Source: Octopus bimaculoides (taxonomy: Eukaryota). Taken from it: a stretch of DNA of 44,869 nt. The stretch is taken from positions 32,376,703 through 32,421,571 of the forward strand of contig NC_068981.1 in NCBI RefSeq assembly GCF_001194135.2, in the 5' to 3' direction. Position 1 is the first letter of the stretch. Each line of letters starts with the position of its first letter. The notes beneath the pieces are model-generated. The model made no database searches and was not told the DNA's origin. It was given only the letters and a program-made list of their open reading frames with translations. Both the position numbers and the translations under genes were made by a program. Below are positions 11,044-24,790 of this stretch, in pieces.

Positions 11044-13362
11044 CTACAGAAGAACTAACATATTTTTTATTGTGGGATTGAGAGTTAAATATGTGCATAC
11101 AGGCGCACACAAACTGAATCACAAACTCCGACAGGAGTGTGGATATATATGTATATATAAGTCTATATATATGTATATATATAAGCATGTGTGTATGTGT
11201 ATATATAGATATATATACATACAGACACAGATGTATATGCATACATATGTACATGTATACACATATATACACACACACATATATATATATACATGTTTGT
11301 GTATATATACGCCAAAAACATATATATATATATATATATATATATGAGTGTATTATATATATATATATATATATNNNNNNNNNNNNNNNNNNNNNNNNNN
11401 NNNNNNNNNNNNNNNNNNNNNNNNNNNNNNNNNNNNNNNNNNNNNNNNNNNNNNNNNNNNNNNNNNNNNNNNNNNNNNNNNNNNNNNNNNNNNNNNNNNN
11501 NNNNNNNNNNNNNNNNNNNNNNNNNNNNNNNNNNNNNNNNNNNNNNNNNNNNNNNNNNNNNNNNNNNNNNNNNNNNNNNNNNNNNNNNNNNNNNNNNNNN
11601 NNNNNNNNNNNNNNNNNNNNNNNNNNNNNNNNNNNNNNNNNNNNNNNNNNNNNNNNNNNNNNNNNNNNNNNNNNNNNNNNNNNNNNNNNNNNNNNNNNNN
11701 NNNNNNNNNNNNNNNNNNNNNNNNNNNNNNNNNNNNNNNNNNNNNNNNNNNNNNNNNNNNNNNNNNNNNNNNNNNNNNNNNNNNNNNNNNNNNNNNNNNN
11801 NNNNNNNNNNNNNNNNNNNNNNNNNNNNNNNNNNNNNNNNNNNNNNNNNNNNNNNNNNNNNNNNNATATATATATATATATATATATACGTGTGTATGTG
11901 CGTGTATGTATATCTGTGAATATATTTATGCATATATTCATTAATATATAATATATACGTCCATACATTCCTATATACGTTAATATACATGTACATGTAC
12001 AAGCTCTCTCACGTACGTGTCTCAAAAGTTTTTGTCGTTCTATCTTCAGGTATTTTGTAAATGTATTTCATACGATTCTTGAAAAGGAAAATATCACAAG
12101 GAACACCCTTATGGCCTCTAAAATGCATAGAGAAACTTTATAAAGTGCTGAATTTTTTTCAAGAATGAATAGAGGTTCAATTTTCCCACCCTTTCTTTTC
12201 CCACTAATGCATGAATTTTGAGAGATGATAAACTGGTATGAATTTGCCTTAAGCTGCAACACACACACAAAAAAAAGTATGAAACGACATGAAAAAAGAA
12301 AAAGAAATTTGTTGAGAATTACTATATTGACAAGTTTTCAGAATGTAACTGAATTAAATATCTCAACGTAAAGCACTCGAAAAAAAAAAAAAAAGATGTA
12401 CGAATCTCCGCCTTTGGAATTTTATGAAGAGACAAATTTTGTTCATTTCTTTTGCTCATAGAAATCTTGTTTAAAATTTCTCAACTGAACTCTATATGAG
12501 CAGTATTCTGTAGTATCGTGAATTCTTAATACTAGGAATTTAAAATCGTTAAAAAGAGAGAAAAGAATGAAATTAAAAAAAAGTTTTATCCATTATACAT
12601 TAAAATAAAGTAGGGTAAAATTATATAAAAATAACATAAAAGTTTTTCTCCGACTGTGTCTTAGAAAAGGGCGACTTTATTGAAACGAAAATTTTAAGAT
12701 TCTTACTTCTAAAAAACTGGAATNNNNNNNNNNNNNNNNNNNNNNNNNNNNNNNNNNNNNNNNNNNNNNNNNNNNNNNNNNNNNNNNNNNNNNNNNNNNN
12801 NNNNNNNNNNNNNNNNNNNNNNNNNNNNNNNNNNNNNNNNNNNNNNNNNNNNNNNNNNNNNNNNNNNNNNNNNNNNNNNNNNNNNNNNNNNNNNNNNNNN
12901 NNNNNNNNNNNNNNNNNNNNNNNNNNNNNNNNNNNNNNNNNNNNNNNNNNNNNNNNNNNNNNNNNNNNNNNNNNNNNNNNNNNNNNNNNNNNNNNNNNNN
13001 NNNNNNNNNNNNNNNNNNNNNNNNNNNNNNNNNNNNNNNNNNNNNNNNNNNNNNNNNNNNNNNNNNNNNNNNNNNNNNNNNNNNNNNNNNNNNNNNNNNN
13101 NNNNNNNNNNNNNNNNNNNNNNNNNNNNNNNNNNNNNNNNNNNNNNNNNNNNNNNNNNNNNNNNNNNNNNNNNNNNNNNNNNNNNNNNNNNNNNNNNNNN
13201 NNNNNNNNNNNNNNNNNNNNNNNNNNNNNNNNNNNNNNNNNNNNNNNNNNNNNNNNNNNNNNNNNNNNNNNNNNNNNNNNNNNNNNNNNNNNNNNNNNNN
13301 NNNNNNNNNNNNNNNNNNNNNNNNNNNNNNNNNNNNNNNNNNNNNNNNNNNNNNNNNNNNNN

Positions 13363-13393
<31 letters not shown>

Positions 13394-16183
13394 ATGTCGG
13401 TATGCACATACCTGTACGTATATATGCATATACTCATTTACTATTTGTTTATATATATATATATATATATACACATACATATATGTATCTTGCAAACTTC
13501 CGGCATGTGTGTGTACAAATGTACGAATGTACGAATTACTGCACTTATTAGAAATTACTTTAAATGATGCAAAGTATGTGAAGTTCTCACACACGCAGTG
13601 AGAAGTAATCGTATGCTAGTCAGTAAACATTGCTGACTCACACTTTCATGCTAACACAGACCCACATGCAGAATTATACGGAAACACTAACACAAACTTG
13701 TACATATTAACCCTCAGACACTCTATAATTACATGCATAATACGTACATACACATTGTCACACATGCCTGAACATTGTGTAAAATTTTCGTATGTCATGA
13801 GAAACGCAATGTATTATATCGAAAATGGTTTAATAGAATAGAATGGAAGAATAAGTAGAATTTAAAAAGTTTGGTATTGAAATATTTACAGTATAATGAA
13901 GAACAAGTTAATCTCTTTACCAAAATAATGCAAATAAAGTAGAAATTTATAAGATAAATATTTCATGCAGACACCAAATAAACTATTATCGTTCACGTAA
14001 TTACTATAGGTAATAAATATCAGTTAAGAATATATACGAATGATTGACTGAACGGTTTAGTTAACCAATTTTTATTAAGTCTCATATGTTTTGTAATGTA
14101 TCGTTGTTAATGTTATAGTTACTGTTATTGTGGTTCTTGTCCAGTTGAGATTATGGTCACTTCTGATTAATGAGACCAATGAATATATATATTGGATCCA
14201 TCACTTGTTATTCATACATAAATATTATCTGATTTATACTTTCAATTCTGACGAAAGAAGTGTCCGACCATTTAGTCTTGTATCAGGTCAATCGATGGCG
14301 TAGAGGATTACTCATTGGCTCCACGAAAAGGATTTGATCGTTATTACAAGTGGATATTCTGGTGATGCATTTCAATGTAGATGGATGTTAAATTCATCTA
14401 AAGAAGTATAGTCTTAAACAAACATAGCATATGTCGTAAAATATCTCACTAAATTATCGTCAAAGTGTATTCCCGACTATTGTTCGATGATAACAATTAA
14501 GTAATTATAAACGTGTCTCGAGAGACAAATAAAAACATTCTATGCAAGAGAAAACACCATAGAAAATGTAATAAGTTCATGAGAATTTCAAGCATAAGCT
14601 CAAATCCAGACATTTTGGGGAGGGAGAGATGATTCCATCAATCCAGTACTTGATTATATATTTTTAGCAATCTTAGTCGCATATCAACCAAAATCATCTT
14701 CCCAGGTTTCTCAAACGCTTGTAACCAAATACTGCATTTGCCCGAGTCTACCAAATTTGCTGCAGATAGGAAATTTGTAATACGTGTTTTCAATTAGGTT
14801 CAAATAGATAGAAATACTCAAGTAAAAGTGCAGCAACAGGTTTGTTTTATTCTAATTTATTTGGCCTGTGTGAATAAAATTACAATTGGGGTACCTTCAT
14901 GATAGAGATTCGACCGTTGTTAGATGAAACTAATTAATGAACGGTGCTTGCTTTCAGCTGCCCCCTCCCACACACACACCGTTTCATAGTAATGCTTCCC
15001 AACTAACTTCTTACGTCATGTAAGTAATTACATAAAACGATGGTAAAGTGAATTATGATATAGATTTAATCACACCCAGTGTAGGATATTATGAAGCCAA
15101 TCTGAAGACTTAACTCAGCGCAGGTCATTCGAAAGTCAAATAAAAACTAGGTATGGTGTTCACTCCAATATCTACTTGGGTAGGAGACCTAATCGAATTC
15201 CGCTTCAATGCCATCATCTGGAGATGGTATTGAGTAACTTATTGAATCCACAATATTGCAAGCGTTCAAAACGTGTTTCTGGTATATCGACAAGGGATAT
15301 ACTTATAAACTACATTTTTCTAGAAAATGCTCGAATGGATGCTGGCTCCTTTCCCTCCCCGGCTTCGGAAACATTGAAAAAAAAACTGTGCATTGCCTTA
15401 CGCTCCTGAAAAACACATGAAAATAATGATGGCATTAATAATAAGTTATATTTATTAGGCAGGGAAAACTTAGGTGAATTGAATAGTCATAAAAATTGAT
15501 TTCAGAATATGACTGCTACAGAGATTATATACCTTGGGAGTATGAAATATTCAGTTTCATTCCATCAAAATTGGAACTTAAGATAGGATGGGATATAAGG
15601 AAATTTCAGAATATATTTGACCTGTTATGATGCAAATTTTATCTTGATAATAATCAGTGCACTTTCATTTTTCACACAAGGAAAACAAATATATTATGAA
15701 TATAAGGTAAAAAAAGTATGCAATATACTTACAACTGATACATTTCGTTGCATGTAAGCCCTAGTATTAAGTAGTTGTAAGAACTTTTAAATAAAAAGAA
15801 ATATAATCCAGAGAACGCTATAGATCAATGAATAAAACAAACAGTTAGAAACTGCACCAATGTAAAGCCAATCACCCTTGCTCACTTATAAAATTCATCT
15901 AATTCGCTATCAAATTATTTCATCGTCAAAATATTTCGTTTAGTGTGAAGATCGAATAAAATGAATTATATTTTATTGACGCAGCCATTACCTTACACGT
16001 TCTCTTACAGTATTGTGCACAGACTCAACGAAATAAAACAATAGTTCGATACTTTCACCAAAAACATTGTACAATAGCTACAGCTGATAGCTTTAACCAT
16101 TAACGATCCTATCTCATCATATTTCCATGCAATTTACAGTCAATTCGGTTATAATAAACGAAAGTATTCAGAACAAATCTGAC

Positions 16184-16335
16184 CGTAGAAACACGTCGAT
16201 GCCCTGGTCATATCCCAGGCAACGGATGCTCATGAACATCTTTTTAATTCTCTTTGTATAGTGTGAGGGAAAGGACGTAGCAGCTGTCAGGATGTCCAGC
16301 TGATAGTGGTCCACAAATGTCGAATTACTCCCCAT
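16184..16335 (-). CDS. Candidate first coding exon of an N-myristoylated EF-hand calcium sensor (NCS/CHP/calcineurin-B-like)
   Basis: Acceptor cctgtcttctag lies at 16376, followed by a short UTR and ATG in AATATGG context; donor is GTCAGA (phase 2). It translates as MGSNSTFVDHYQLDILTAATSFPSHYTKRIKKMFMSIRCLGYDQGIDVFL(R). This has an MGxxxT myristoylation motif and matches NCS-1 MGKSNS / LTRKTYF / K.F......G spacing. Confidence 0.6.
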
Positions 16336-19300
16336 ATTGCTAATCGCTTTACTTCGCTTCTTGGAAAGCTAACTGCTAGAAGACAGGCTTAAGCACTTCA
16401 AGTTTTATTCATCTTCCCATAAAGTCTATAGGTTCCTGAGATGGATGTCACCAAAACTCTTTAGACGGTTTTAAATATTACTTCTGCCTCCTGTAAATGT
16501 GTCAGTACATAATGACACAATAGTGAAGCTACTTTAGTGTATATCATGCTTCAATACAGAATAGAACTATTTTAAAATTAAATATTAAGTACACATGTAT
16601 CAGCTTATTGTTTTACTTTTATTTTTAATTTATGTTTTCAATTAATTGTGTGTTTATACGATAAGTGCATAACGAACGATAATATGTCACATTGAATAAT
16701 CGCAATAAAATTTAAAATGGCAAGATAATTAGTAAATATTATTGTTTCCCTGTGATAGTGGAATTAAAAAACTAAGAAAGTGAGTTATTGCCATTCTCGG
16801 TAATATCTCTCTTAGCAGGTAAATTTGAAAGAGTAAAAGATTTTACTTCACTTTACCTTTAATTCTATATATCGGTTTAATAAGCATTCGAAGTAAAATT
16901 AGTTTATTAGTCTTTATTTCATATCGAATCATGAGTGATATATCGAGAAATGTTCTTTGTTCGATATCAAATATTACATATTCAATATTGAAGAAATTTG
17001 CAATTTAGTTGTAGAAGTATTATGTTACAGACTTGCCAATATTGAAAAACCGTTAATACCCAATATGCCTATCCAAATTACCTTTGAATATAATACAATA
17101 AATATATTTTTGAAGCTAAAATGTAAAAGAATATCTATAAAAAACATTAAAATGTATGTATTTTGAATATATTGTAAAACAGGATGTTGTATTTAATCTC
17201 TTTTCGTTTCATTAGCATTTAGTTACGTAATTTCTTTCATCAACATTTTGCTCTATTGATTTCCCATTCTAAGTCCTTTGTTCTACTACATCGAAAATTT
17301 TCAAATAAAAAGTAAGATATAAAAATAAAGATAACAACAAAGAGAACCTTTAAAGCAGAAACAAACATAAGAAATGTTTTCTATAGTCATTCAGTAAATT
17401 TCTGTTACATTTAAAAAGAGGAACGAATTTTGATATAAATTCTCTGATAATATTTGTAAAAATCGCAAAGAAAAACATGAAAAAGAAATTTTTAAAAAAT
17501 CAACTGTAGAATTTATTTCCAATACCTTAGCAAGTCTGTTATAATAGCCAATTCATATTATTTCCTTAGTGTTTTATATCCTACTCTTTTCCCCCTAGGC
17601 TCTGTGAAAGGCATATATTCACACCAATATTAGCATTCTACAAAAGCGCCGGCGTATATAGTTCTCTAATTGGGGAAGTAACAATTTTTCAATGAGTTTC
17701 AATTTGATGATCTAGAGGCAAAAATATATTCTGTTTTGCGTTTCCCAGTGTAGGTTCTTGTTTTCCATAAATCCTTTCGGAGATATAGTAAGAAAGGCAT
17801 TAGAAAAGGAACTAAAGAATATATTATACTGCAATTCACTTAGATGTTTCTGTTTACTTAAAGAAAAATAAAGAAACTATTGAATTTCTCTGACTTAGAG
17901 TAAGTTATTTAAAAGAATTTTTTCAAAAAAAGACTTTTATTTATTTGCAACAAAAAAGTATTTGGTTCAGGCAAGTGCAGCGTTCTATAGTCTTATGGCA
18001 TTATGAAGTTTAAATGCTTTTTGTTCCATGCTATGTCCCGAAAGCAATTTATTTGTAACATGTTGGAGGTTTCTTCTGAGGCGTGGTAGGGAAATGCTTA
18101 TTTTGCACGCAATTGCTTAGACAAGTGAATAACCCGTGGTCATGGCAGCATTGACAAAGAAAACCTCTTGTATGACCTTTATAGAAAAAATCATATCATA
18201 GAGTTTTATGAACATAAGGTTTTAGAAATAGCAGGAAAATATTAAATATACGAAGAAAAAAATAGAACACAAATTAGCTAAAATTCGACAATGAAGAAAA
18301 AACGTTGGTTCTTGGCAACACAGAAAAATATTGCTGATTCTTTCGTTTTTGTTCTCAACAATAAATAAATAAACCAAACAGAATGTTAAATTTCAATTGA
18401 AATCAGTTAAAATATCTCCTATTAAAATGCGGAACTGAATAAACATCTCTTGGCTCTGAAATGTGGTGAAAAGGACAAGCTTCAGAATTTGTTAGTAATG
18501 TTAATGAAATACTAGTATAGAAAAATGTCCAACAAATAACCTCAACATTTCTTTCATGTGTAATATTTAATGGAGACCTACTTCAAAAAAGTTTCTTTTT
18601 AATTGAGAATTAATCTAAACAAATAGAACGGTATTATTTTGAAACACAAGTGTGATGTAGAGACAAATGGTTTGAATCCAGTATTTTCCTGGTATTTTAA
18701 TGTAGCTAAATACAGCTAAATACAGCTAAATGATATACCGATAAATTTAAATTAGCACTCGAGGGAGTTTAAGATATACCAGAAACTTAATACTAATTAC
18801 TTGAAATTATATAACATTAAACATCTAAAAGACATTCCTATTGTACATGACTGCACTATCATTATTCGTCACCTTACAATAATTATTATAATTAATTATA
18901 AAACAGTAGTAAGTGCATTTCCAATTTCAATGTTCACAACATTTGATTATGCTGATAATTACACACTGACTTTCCGTTGTAGTTGGGTTTGTTATTTATA
19001 ACATCGAGAAATAAATTACAAGTGACGTGAATTGTGGCTATATATATATATATATATNNNNNNNNNNNNNNNNNNNNNNNNNNNNNNNNNNNNNNNNNNN
19101 NNNNNNNNNNNNNNNNNNNNNNNNNNNNNNNNNNNNNNNNNNNNNNNNNNNNNNNNNNNNNNNNNNNNNNNNNNNNNNNNNNNNNNNNNNNNNNNNNNNN
19201 NNNNNNNNNNNNNNNNNNNNNNNNNNNNNNNNNNNNNNNNNNNNNNNNNNNNNNNNNNNNNNNNNNNNNNNNNNNNNNNNNNNNNNNNNNNNNNNNNNNN

Positions 19301-20199
19301 NNNNNNNNNNNNNNNNNNNNNNNNNNNNNNNNNNNNNNNNNNNNNNNNNNNNNNNNNNNNNNNNNNNNNNNNNNNNNNNNNNNNNNNNNNNNNNNNNNNN
19401 NNNNNNNNNNNNNNNNNNNNNNNNNNNNNNNNNNNNNNNNNNNNNNNNNNNNNNNNNNNNNNNNNNNNNNNNNNNNNNNNNNNNNNNNNNNNNNNNNNNN
19501 NNNNNNNNTAATAAATTCTTCCACCATGATTTATTTCATTTATATAAAGGGGAAGATTACTACACATGCAAACTGGTGACAAGGCAAAGAAATGTTATCA
19601 TCCTTAACTTGTGGTGTTATTTCAAACTCTTCCAGTCTGGCATGATATCTCTGATATATGGTTAATAGTTGTGTTTTATTTTCACTTGCTTAGTGAAAAA
19701 AGAACAAAATATGTACTATATAAAAATGCTGCTTTCTGGTTTTGTATATTAATAAATGTCATGCTTGAATTAAAAAAAAAATTTCCTGCCTCAAGGTATT
19801 GTTCTCTGTCGTTGAATTCGGTATTTAATACTGAAGAATACTGATAATTACACAGGTTATAAGTAGATCTTTTGTATGCGTTTTAAAAAATAATTCTGTG
19901 GACATTTCTTGTATAAATTTTTGTATTAAAGTTTTGTTACAATATCAGCGAAAAAGTTGCCTACTTGACACTATTTCCAAAAGTGATGATATAATTTTGC
20001 AATTAATCTATTTTCCTACCATCATTTTTTACAACTAATTGCTTTCTCTGTAATAACCAAATTCTATAATAAATTTCGTAGTAAACGTATCTAAGGTTTG
20101 CAAATCTACACGGTTGCGTATAACCACGCTGTAATGTTAATACTTATGTCGAACGAACTTCTTGTATCATATTCGTTATCTAGATCAGCCTTTATGGAA

Positions 20200-21090
20200 G
20201 CAAGCAGTCGGAGGCCATTACTGTTTCCAATAATGTCAGCTTTCTTCTTTTTGTTTTATGCGTTTTAGATCATTCTGAAGATAATGTTGTCGAATTTAGA
20301 ACATGCAATGGCCACTATAATCATCAGAACTTTAAGGCTAAAAACAAAAATAATGCTTCCGTTAGTTTGCGATCTTTTCGCCGCTGACTTCCCTCTTGCT
20401 GTTCACAGTTCAGAAGATGCACAATCTCTCTCTGATAGATTTTCTGAAGCATCAAAAGCAATCGGTCTAACTATTAATGTGAAGGAGGTAAACCAAGGAG
20501 GTATGCCAAGCCATACGTGATAATTCATCCTCCGTCATACCTTACGCTTTTGTTAATGGCAAGCATCTAAAGTCAGTCGATCTATTCAACTTTCCTTCAG
20601 TTCCATAGTCTCATAACACGTGAAAATGGATAAGGTAATACATGTAGAAAAAGTGAAATATCGCAACGATGCAACATTATTGATATCGAAGCTTTTCTAA
20701 TGAAGATATAGTTGAGATGGACAGGGTACTTAGTTCGAATGAAAGATGACAGGCTTCCTCAAACTGTTTTTCTATAGTCAGCTTTGGAACAACAATTAAC
20801 CTGTTGGACCTACAGTGTAGGTCATCCTCTATTGTGTTACAATGATAAGCTTAAGTATAACATCAAGCGATGAGAAGACCTGAACAATGAAACGCATGAA
20901 AAAACATCGTGCTTCACTACTTTAAAGTGGTTCGGAAAATGTAGACAAAAATTTCGTGATGAATTTCGTGCAAATCTTAAGCAGAGGCTCAAAAAAGATC
21001 CTGTTTTAAATGATCACGTTTGTGGTGACTTTGGATTCGTAGTTGGTAGCAACATGACGCTCGCTTTCCACAGGAGAAAGCATAAAGATA
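20200..21090 (+). mobile_element. Decayed RTE-clade LINE, RT to C-terminus
   Basis: It reads LKTKIMLPLVCDLFAAD..AVHSSEDAQSLSDRFSEASKAIGLTIN (degenerate LLFADD region), LRWTGYLVRMKDDRLPQ, GHPLLCYNDKLK, and terminal HVCG....LAFHRRKH. Confidence 0.85.
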
Positions 21091-23038
21091 TATATATATC
21101 TAATCAGCACCTTAAATCATTACTTAACTCAGTCTAACCAATGCTGAACTCAAGATTAAAAAAATCAAATCAAGGCGCGTCCATCTGTCCTTTACGAACG
21201 AATATTCCACACAGTGTATATATATGTATTGCAATGCCCAAGTCAATTCATCTTCACAATACGTTTGATCCTATTGTCAATACAAATACACCATCAGTAA
21301 TATCTGTATCGTTGTTATTCTGAAACTTGCTTTAAAATAATATAACCTCGAGAATCAAAGGTGAGATATTGATTTATAAACTTGGCCCGTCGATTAATTA
21401 CAGATTAGAGCCACACTAGGTAGACTGGTTATAGTAATAGTCTCCAAACATCGCAAAACCTTCCCACATATATGATTAAAAGATACCAACTCCGTTTTCT
21501 TTTGATAAAGAAGGTTTAACTTTGAAATATTGAAATGTTAGGTGAAGTGTAAACTATAGATCTTTCTCCCTTACTCCTGCTTTCACTTATGTTTCAAACT
21601 TGTGTTGTATTGCTCATCGAACGATTATTATTTTTTATATAAAGATATATGTCTACGTATGAGAGGTATCTCACATTTCTATCTATTAAACTTAATTCAG
21701 ACAGTATTGCTTAACCTGAGGCTACGTGTTCAAGAATCCGTGCTGTGGAAACAAACCCTAATCCATGAGATTGCAACGTGCACTTCTTAACTTGAGTCTT
21801 TTATGCCTAACCTTATTTTCATCATATATTTCAGATATTTGTTTAACATTTTTTAAATAAAATTTCTAAATATGATATCATATTAAATGGTGATTGAATG
21901 GTGATACCCTTCACAATATATCAAATACGTAATTACGCCTCTAGATACTCTATCTGACAGCAACGCCTGGGTTCAATATATAAAATACATGCATTATCCA
22001 AGACACGTTACAAAGCTTTCTTTTTATAATCTAGAAATATGTTTATAGATATTCATTATACTAATATTACATAATGTTTTGCTGCGCAACAAAAGAAGCA
22101 TTTCAAAGCAATAAAAATTACAAGACATTTATAATCATTCCTACTATACTACATACGCACATGTATACACAAAAACATACACACTCACACATATGTGCAT
22201 AATTGTGACTGTGGTGTTTAAATGCATTCATTATGAGAGCATATTGTTCCCAGTTGCTCGATAAGAAACTAACATGCTACATTATTTATGCAGCATCATT
22301 ATAAACTTAATGAGATATATTCACCGAACACAATTCCCTACATCATATCACAGAGAAGTATAAGAATTTAGTAGAGTTTAACCTTCCTTGTTTTCATATT
22401 AATCACAAACAATAAAAAAAAAAGTAAAGCTAACATTCTACAAAAGCCTCTACCACAGATAATACATCCCTAAAGTTAATAAATTTGCGAGACGCGTGCT
22501 GAATGCATGCTATGAGAAACTTTTACCCTTTGGCAGACCTTTAAAAGTAATTGTTCACCGAAGAAAAATGCTGCTTTAGTTAAACAATAGATACATCGTG
22601 ATGTCTTTGAGGCACAATAAACAATAGAAGTGACCAAAGTGGATTATTACACTTGTATGAGAGTCCAAGAGTAGTTGTATTAGGAAATGTGATTATATCA
22701 CGATTTTTTTCACTAAATCTTATTTGATCGTGATGACAACGTGTGATCTAGACTTGGTAATTTATTGAATTATAGAAATATTTGTTAGTGCTTCAAGCAA
22801 TTGGAAATGTGAAGAAAAAACAAAAACAATATTCTCGGAACCTTTTGCAATTTTAATTATCATTCGAGATAGTGGATAGTTTGAAAATAATTTAGGATAT
22901 TTAGAATAATTCCAATCGGAAGTCATTTAAATTTCTGTGAAAATTTCAAAAACATTTGGCATTAAGAAGTAGAAATTATACTCGAGGAAATATTACTGTA
23001 ATATTTTAACTGTCTCTTTCACTATTTCATAGTCTCCC

Positions 23039-23039
<1 letters not shown>

Positions 23040-23098
<59 letters not shown>

Positions 23099-23110
23099 TC
23101 ATTCTTTCTT
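23040..23110 (+). repeat. (TTTC)n microsatellite
   Basis: Direct reading. Confidence 0.95.
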
Positions 23111-23961
23111 TCTCTTTCCTTCTTTCGTTCTTTCCTTCTCTTGCTTTCTTTCTTTCTTCCGCTTTCTTTCTGTTTCTCTCTCCTTCCCTACCACCCTCTC
23201 TCTCAGTCAGTCTCCTTTGTATTTCTCTGTCACTCAGTCTGGATGTGTGTATGTGCATGTGAGGTTGTAGTGAATGACAGACAGAGAGACATGATTGACA
23301 CAAAATGGCGGAAAGTATCATTTAACGCGTCTTTCCTCCTCATTACTTAGGGGCCCCCACGGACAGTAGCTTTCCGGAATTAATGAAGTATCTGACTTTT
23401 CAACTCTTTGAACTTTATTCAGTGCACACAATACTTCCACAAATTACACAACAATGACAACATTTAGAATTCCTGGGCTCCCACTCAAAATATATTGAAA
23501 ATAGAGATGTGTTTTAGAATTTTAGTCACATGTCTGATGATGGGATTCTAGTAAAAATTCGATCGCTAAATAAATACACTAGGGATTTTTAATTGGATAA
23601 GCACGATCTCCATTTACATGTGATTGTGTTAAGGAATGTGTGTTCTTTCCAAATAATAGCTTTTGTTGTGAGAATAAAAAAAAATAGAAACAAAATCAAG
23701 CAGGATATTTCTTTGAGAATGGAACGCTCTCGAAGATGATTATTGAAGCGGGTCAGCGTAAGAACAACATGTCTGACTAAATTTGTGACATGAGACGTGG
23801 GCTGTCAGTAAAATAGTAGTTTTCAAGCGAAATATTATAACATTCTGTCAGTCAAAAGAAACTGCACTGATGTGTGTCAATCCATGTTGATAACACCCAC
23901 CGAAACCACAAGCAAACATACGCATACATACATACATACATACATAGACACACACATGCAT

Positions 23962-24029
<68 letters not shown>

Positions 24030-24129
24030 CAAAGAATATATATACATGTATACACACATATATGTGCATACTTACATCTACATGTGTATATACATGCATA
24101 TCAGGGTACAGGACGTTAGAACAATAAAC

Positions 24130-24264
24130 TACAGACAACGGAACGAACACATAGGAAAACGGAAAGCCACTTGGAATATCCCTTCATCAGCTGTCTCTAT
24201 TCTATCTAGACGTTTCGAAGACAAGACAGAATGTACTCTAGAATAGTCTCTTCCTGAGTAGTGG

Positions 24265-24265
<1 letters not shown>
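24130..24265 (-). mobile_element. Probable PLE terminal (pLTR-like) remnant with hammerhead-like core motifs
   Basis: The minus strand contains CTA-CTCAGGA-A-GAGAC...GTCTTC-GAAAC-GTC-TAG and a downstream CTGATGAAGGG. It abuts (TA)n. Confidence 0.4.
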
Positions 24266-24304
<39 letters not shown>

Positions 24305-24533
24305 NNNNNNNNNNNNNNNNNNNNNNNNNNNNNNNNNNNNNNNNNNNNNNNNNNNNNNNNNNNNNNNNNNNNNNNNNNNNNNNNNNNNNNNNNNNNNNNN
24401 NNNNNNNNNNNNNNNNNNNNNNNNNNNNNNNNNNNNNNNNNNNNNNNNNNNNNNNNNNNNNNNNNNNNNNNNNNNNNNNNNNNNNNNNNNNNNNNNNNNN
24501 NNNNNNNNNNNNNNNNNNNNNNNNNNNNNNNNN

Positions 24534-24594
<61 letters not shown>

Positions 24595-24596
<2 letters not shown>

Positions 24597-24790
24597 AGTC
24601 GCCATGCTTGATCGCTAAATCCACAAGTTTTTTCTCTCTGTTTATTTTCTCTTATTCCTTTCTGTGGAAGAGCGTAGGCTCGAAACGTAAAAGAGTTTCT
24701 CACTTTCCCGAGCGTCAAACTAATACTGTTGCTTCTTGTTCATACACCTGTATTCGTCTTTTCTCTGCGCATACATTTCAACTATATATA
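24595..24790 (+). mobile_element. Probable PLE terminal (pLTR-like) remnant with a hammerhead-like motif, flanked by (TA)n on both sides
   Basis: It contains CTTT-CTGTGGA-A-GAGC-GTAG-GCTC-GAAAC-GTA-AAAG at 24658-24693. Confidence 0.5.

Noticed and set aside
10832-13594. Long ORFs of 200-400 aa spanning N-runs (also around 19.0-19.6, 24.1-24.7, 26.4-26.7, 29.5-30.1 and 33.7-34.3 kb)
   Set aside because: They stay open only because Ns and (TA)/(CA)/(TG) repeats contain no stops, so they are not coding evidence.
15190-15410. Minus-strand segment after acceptor gtgtttttcag with faint EF-hand-like words
   Set aside because: All frames hit stops before a convincing donor, and the similarity is too weak.
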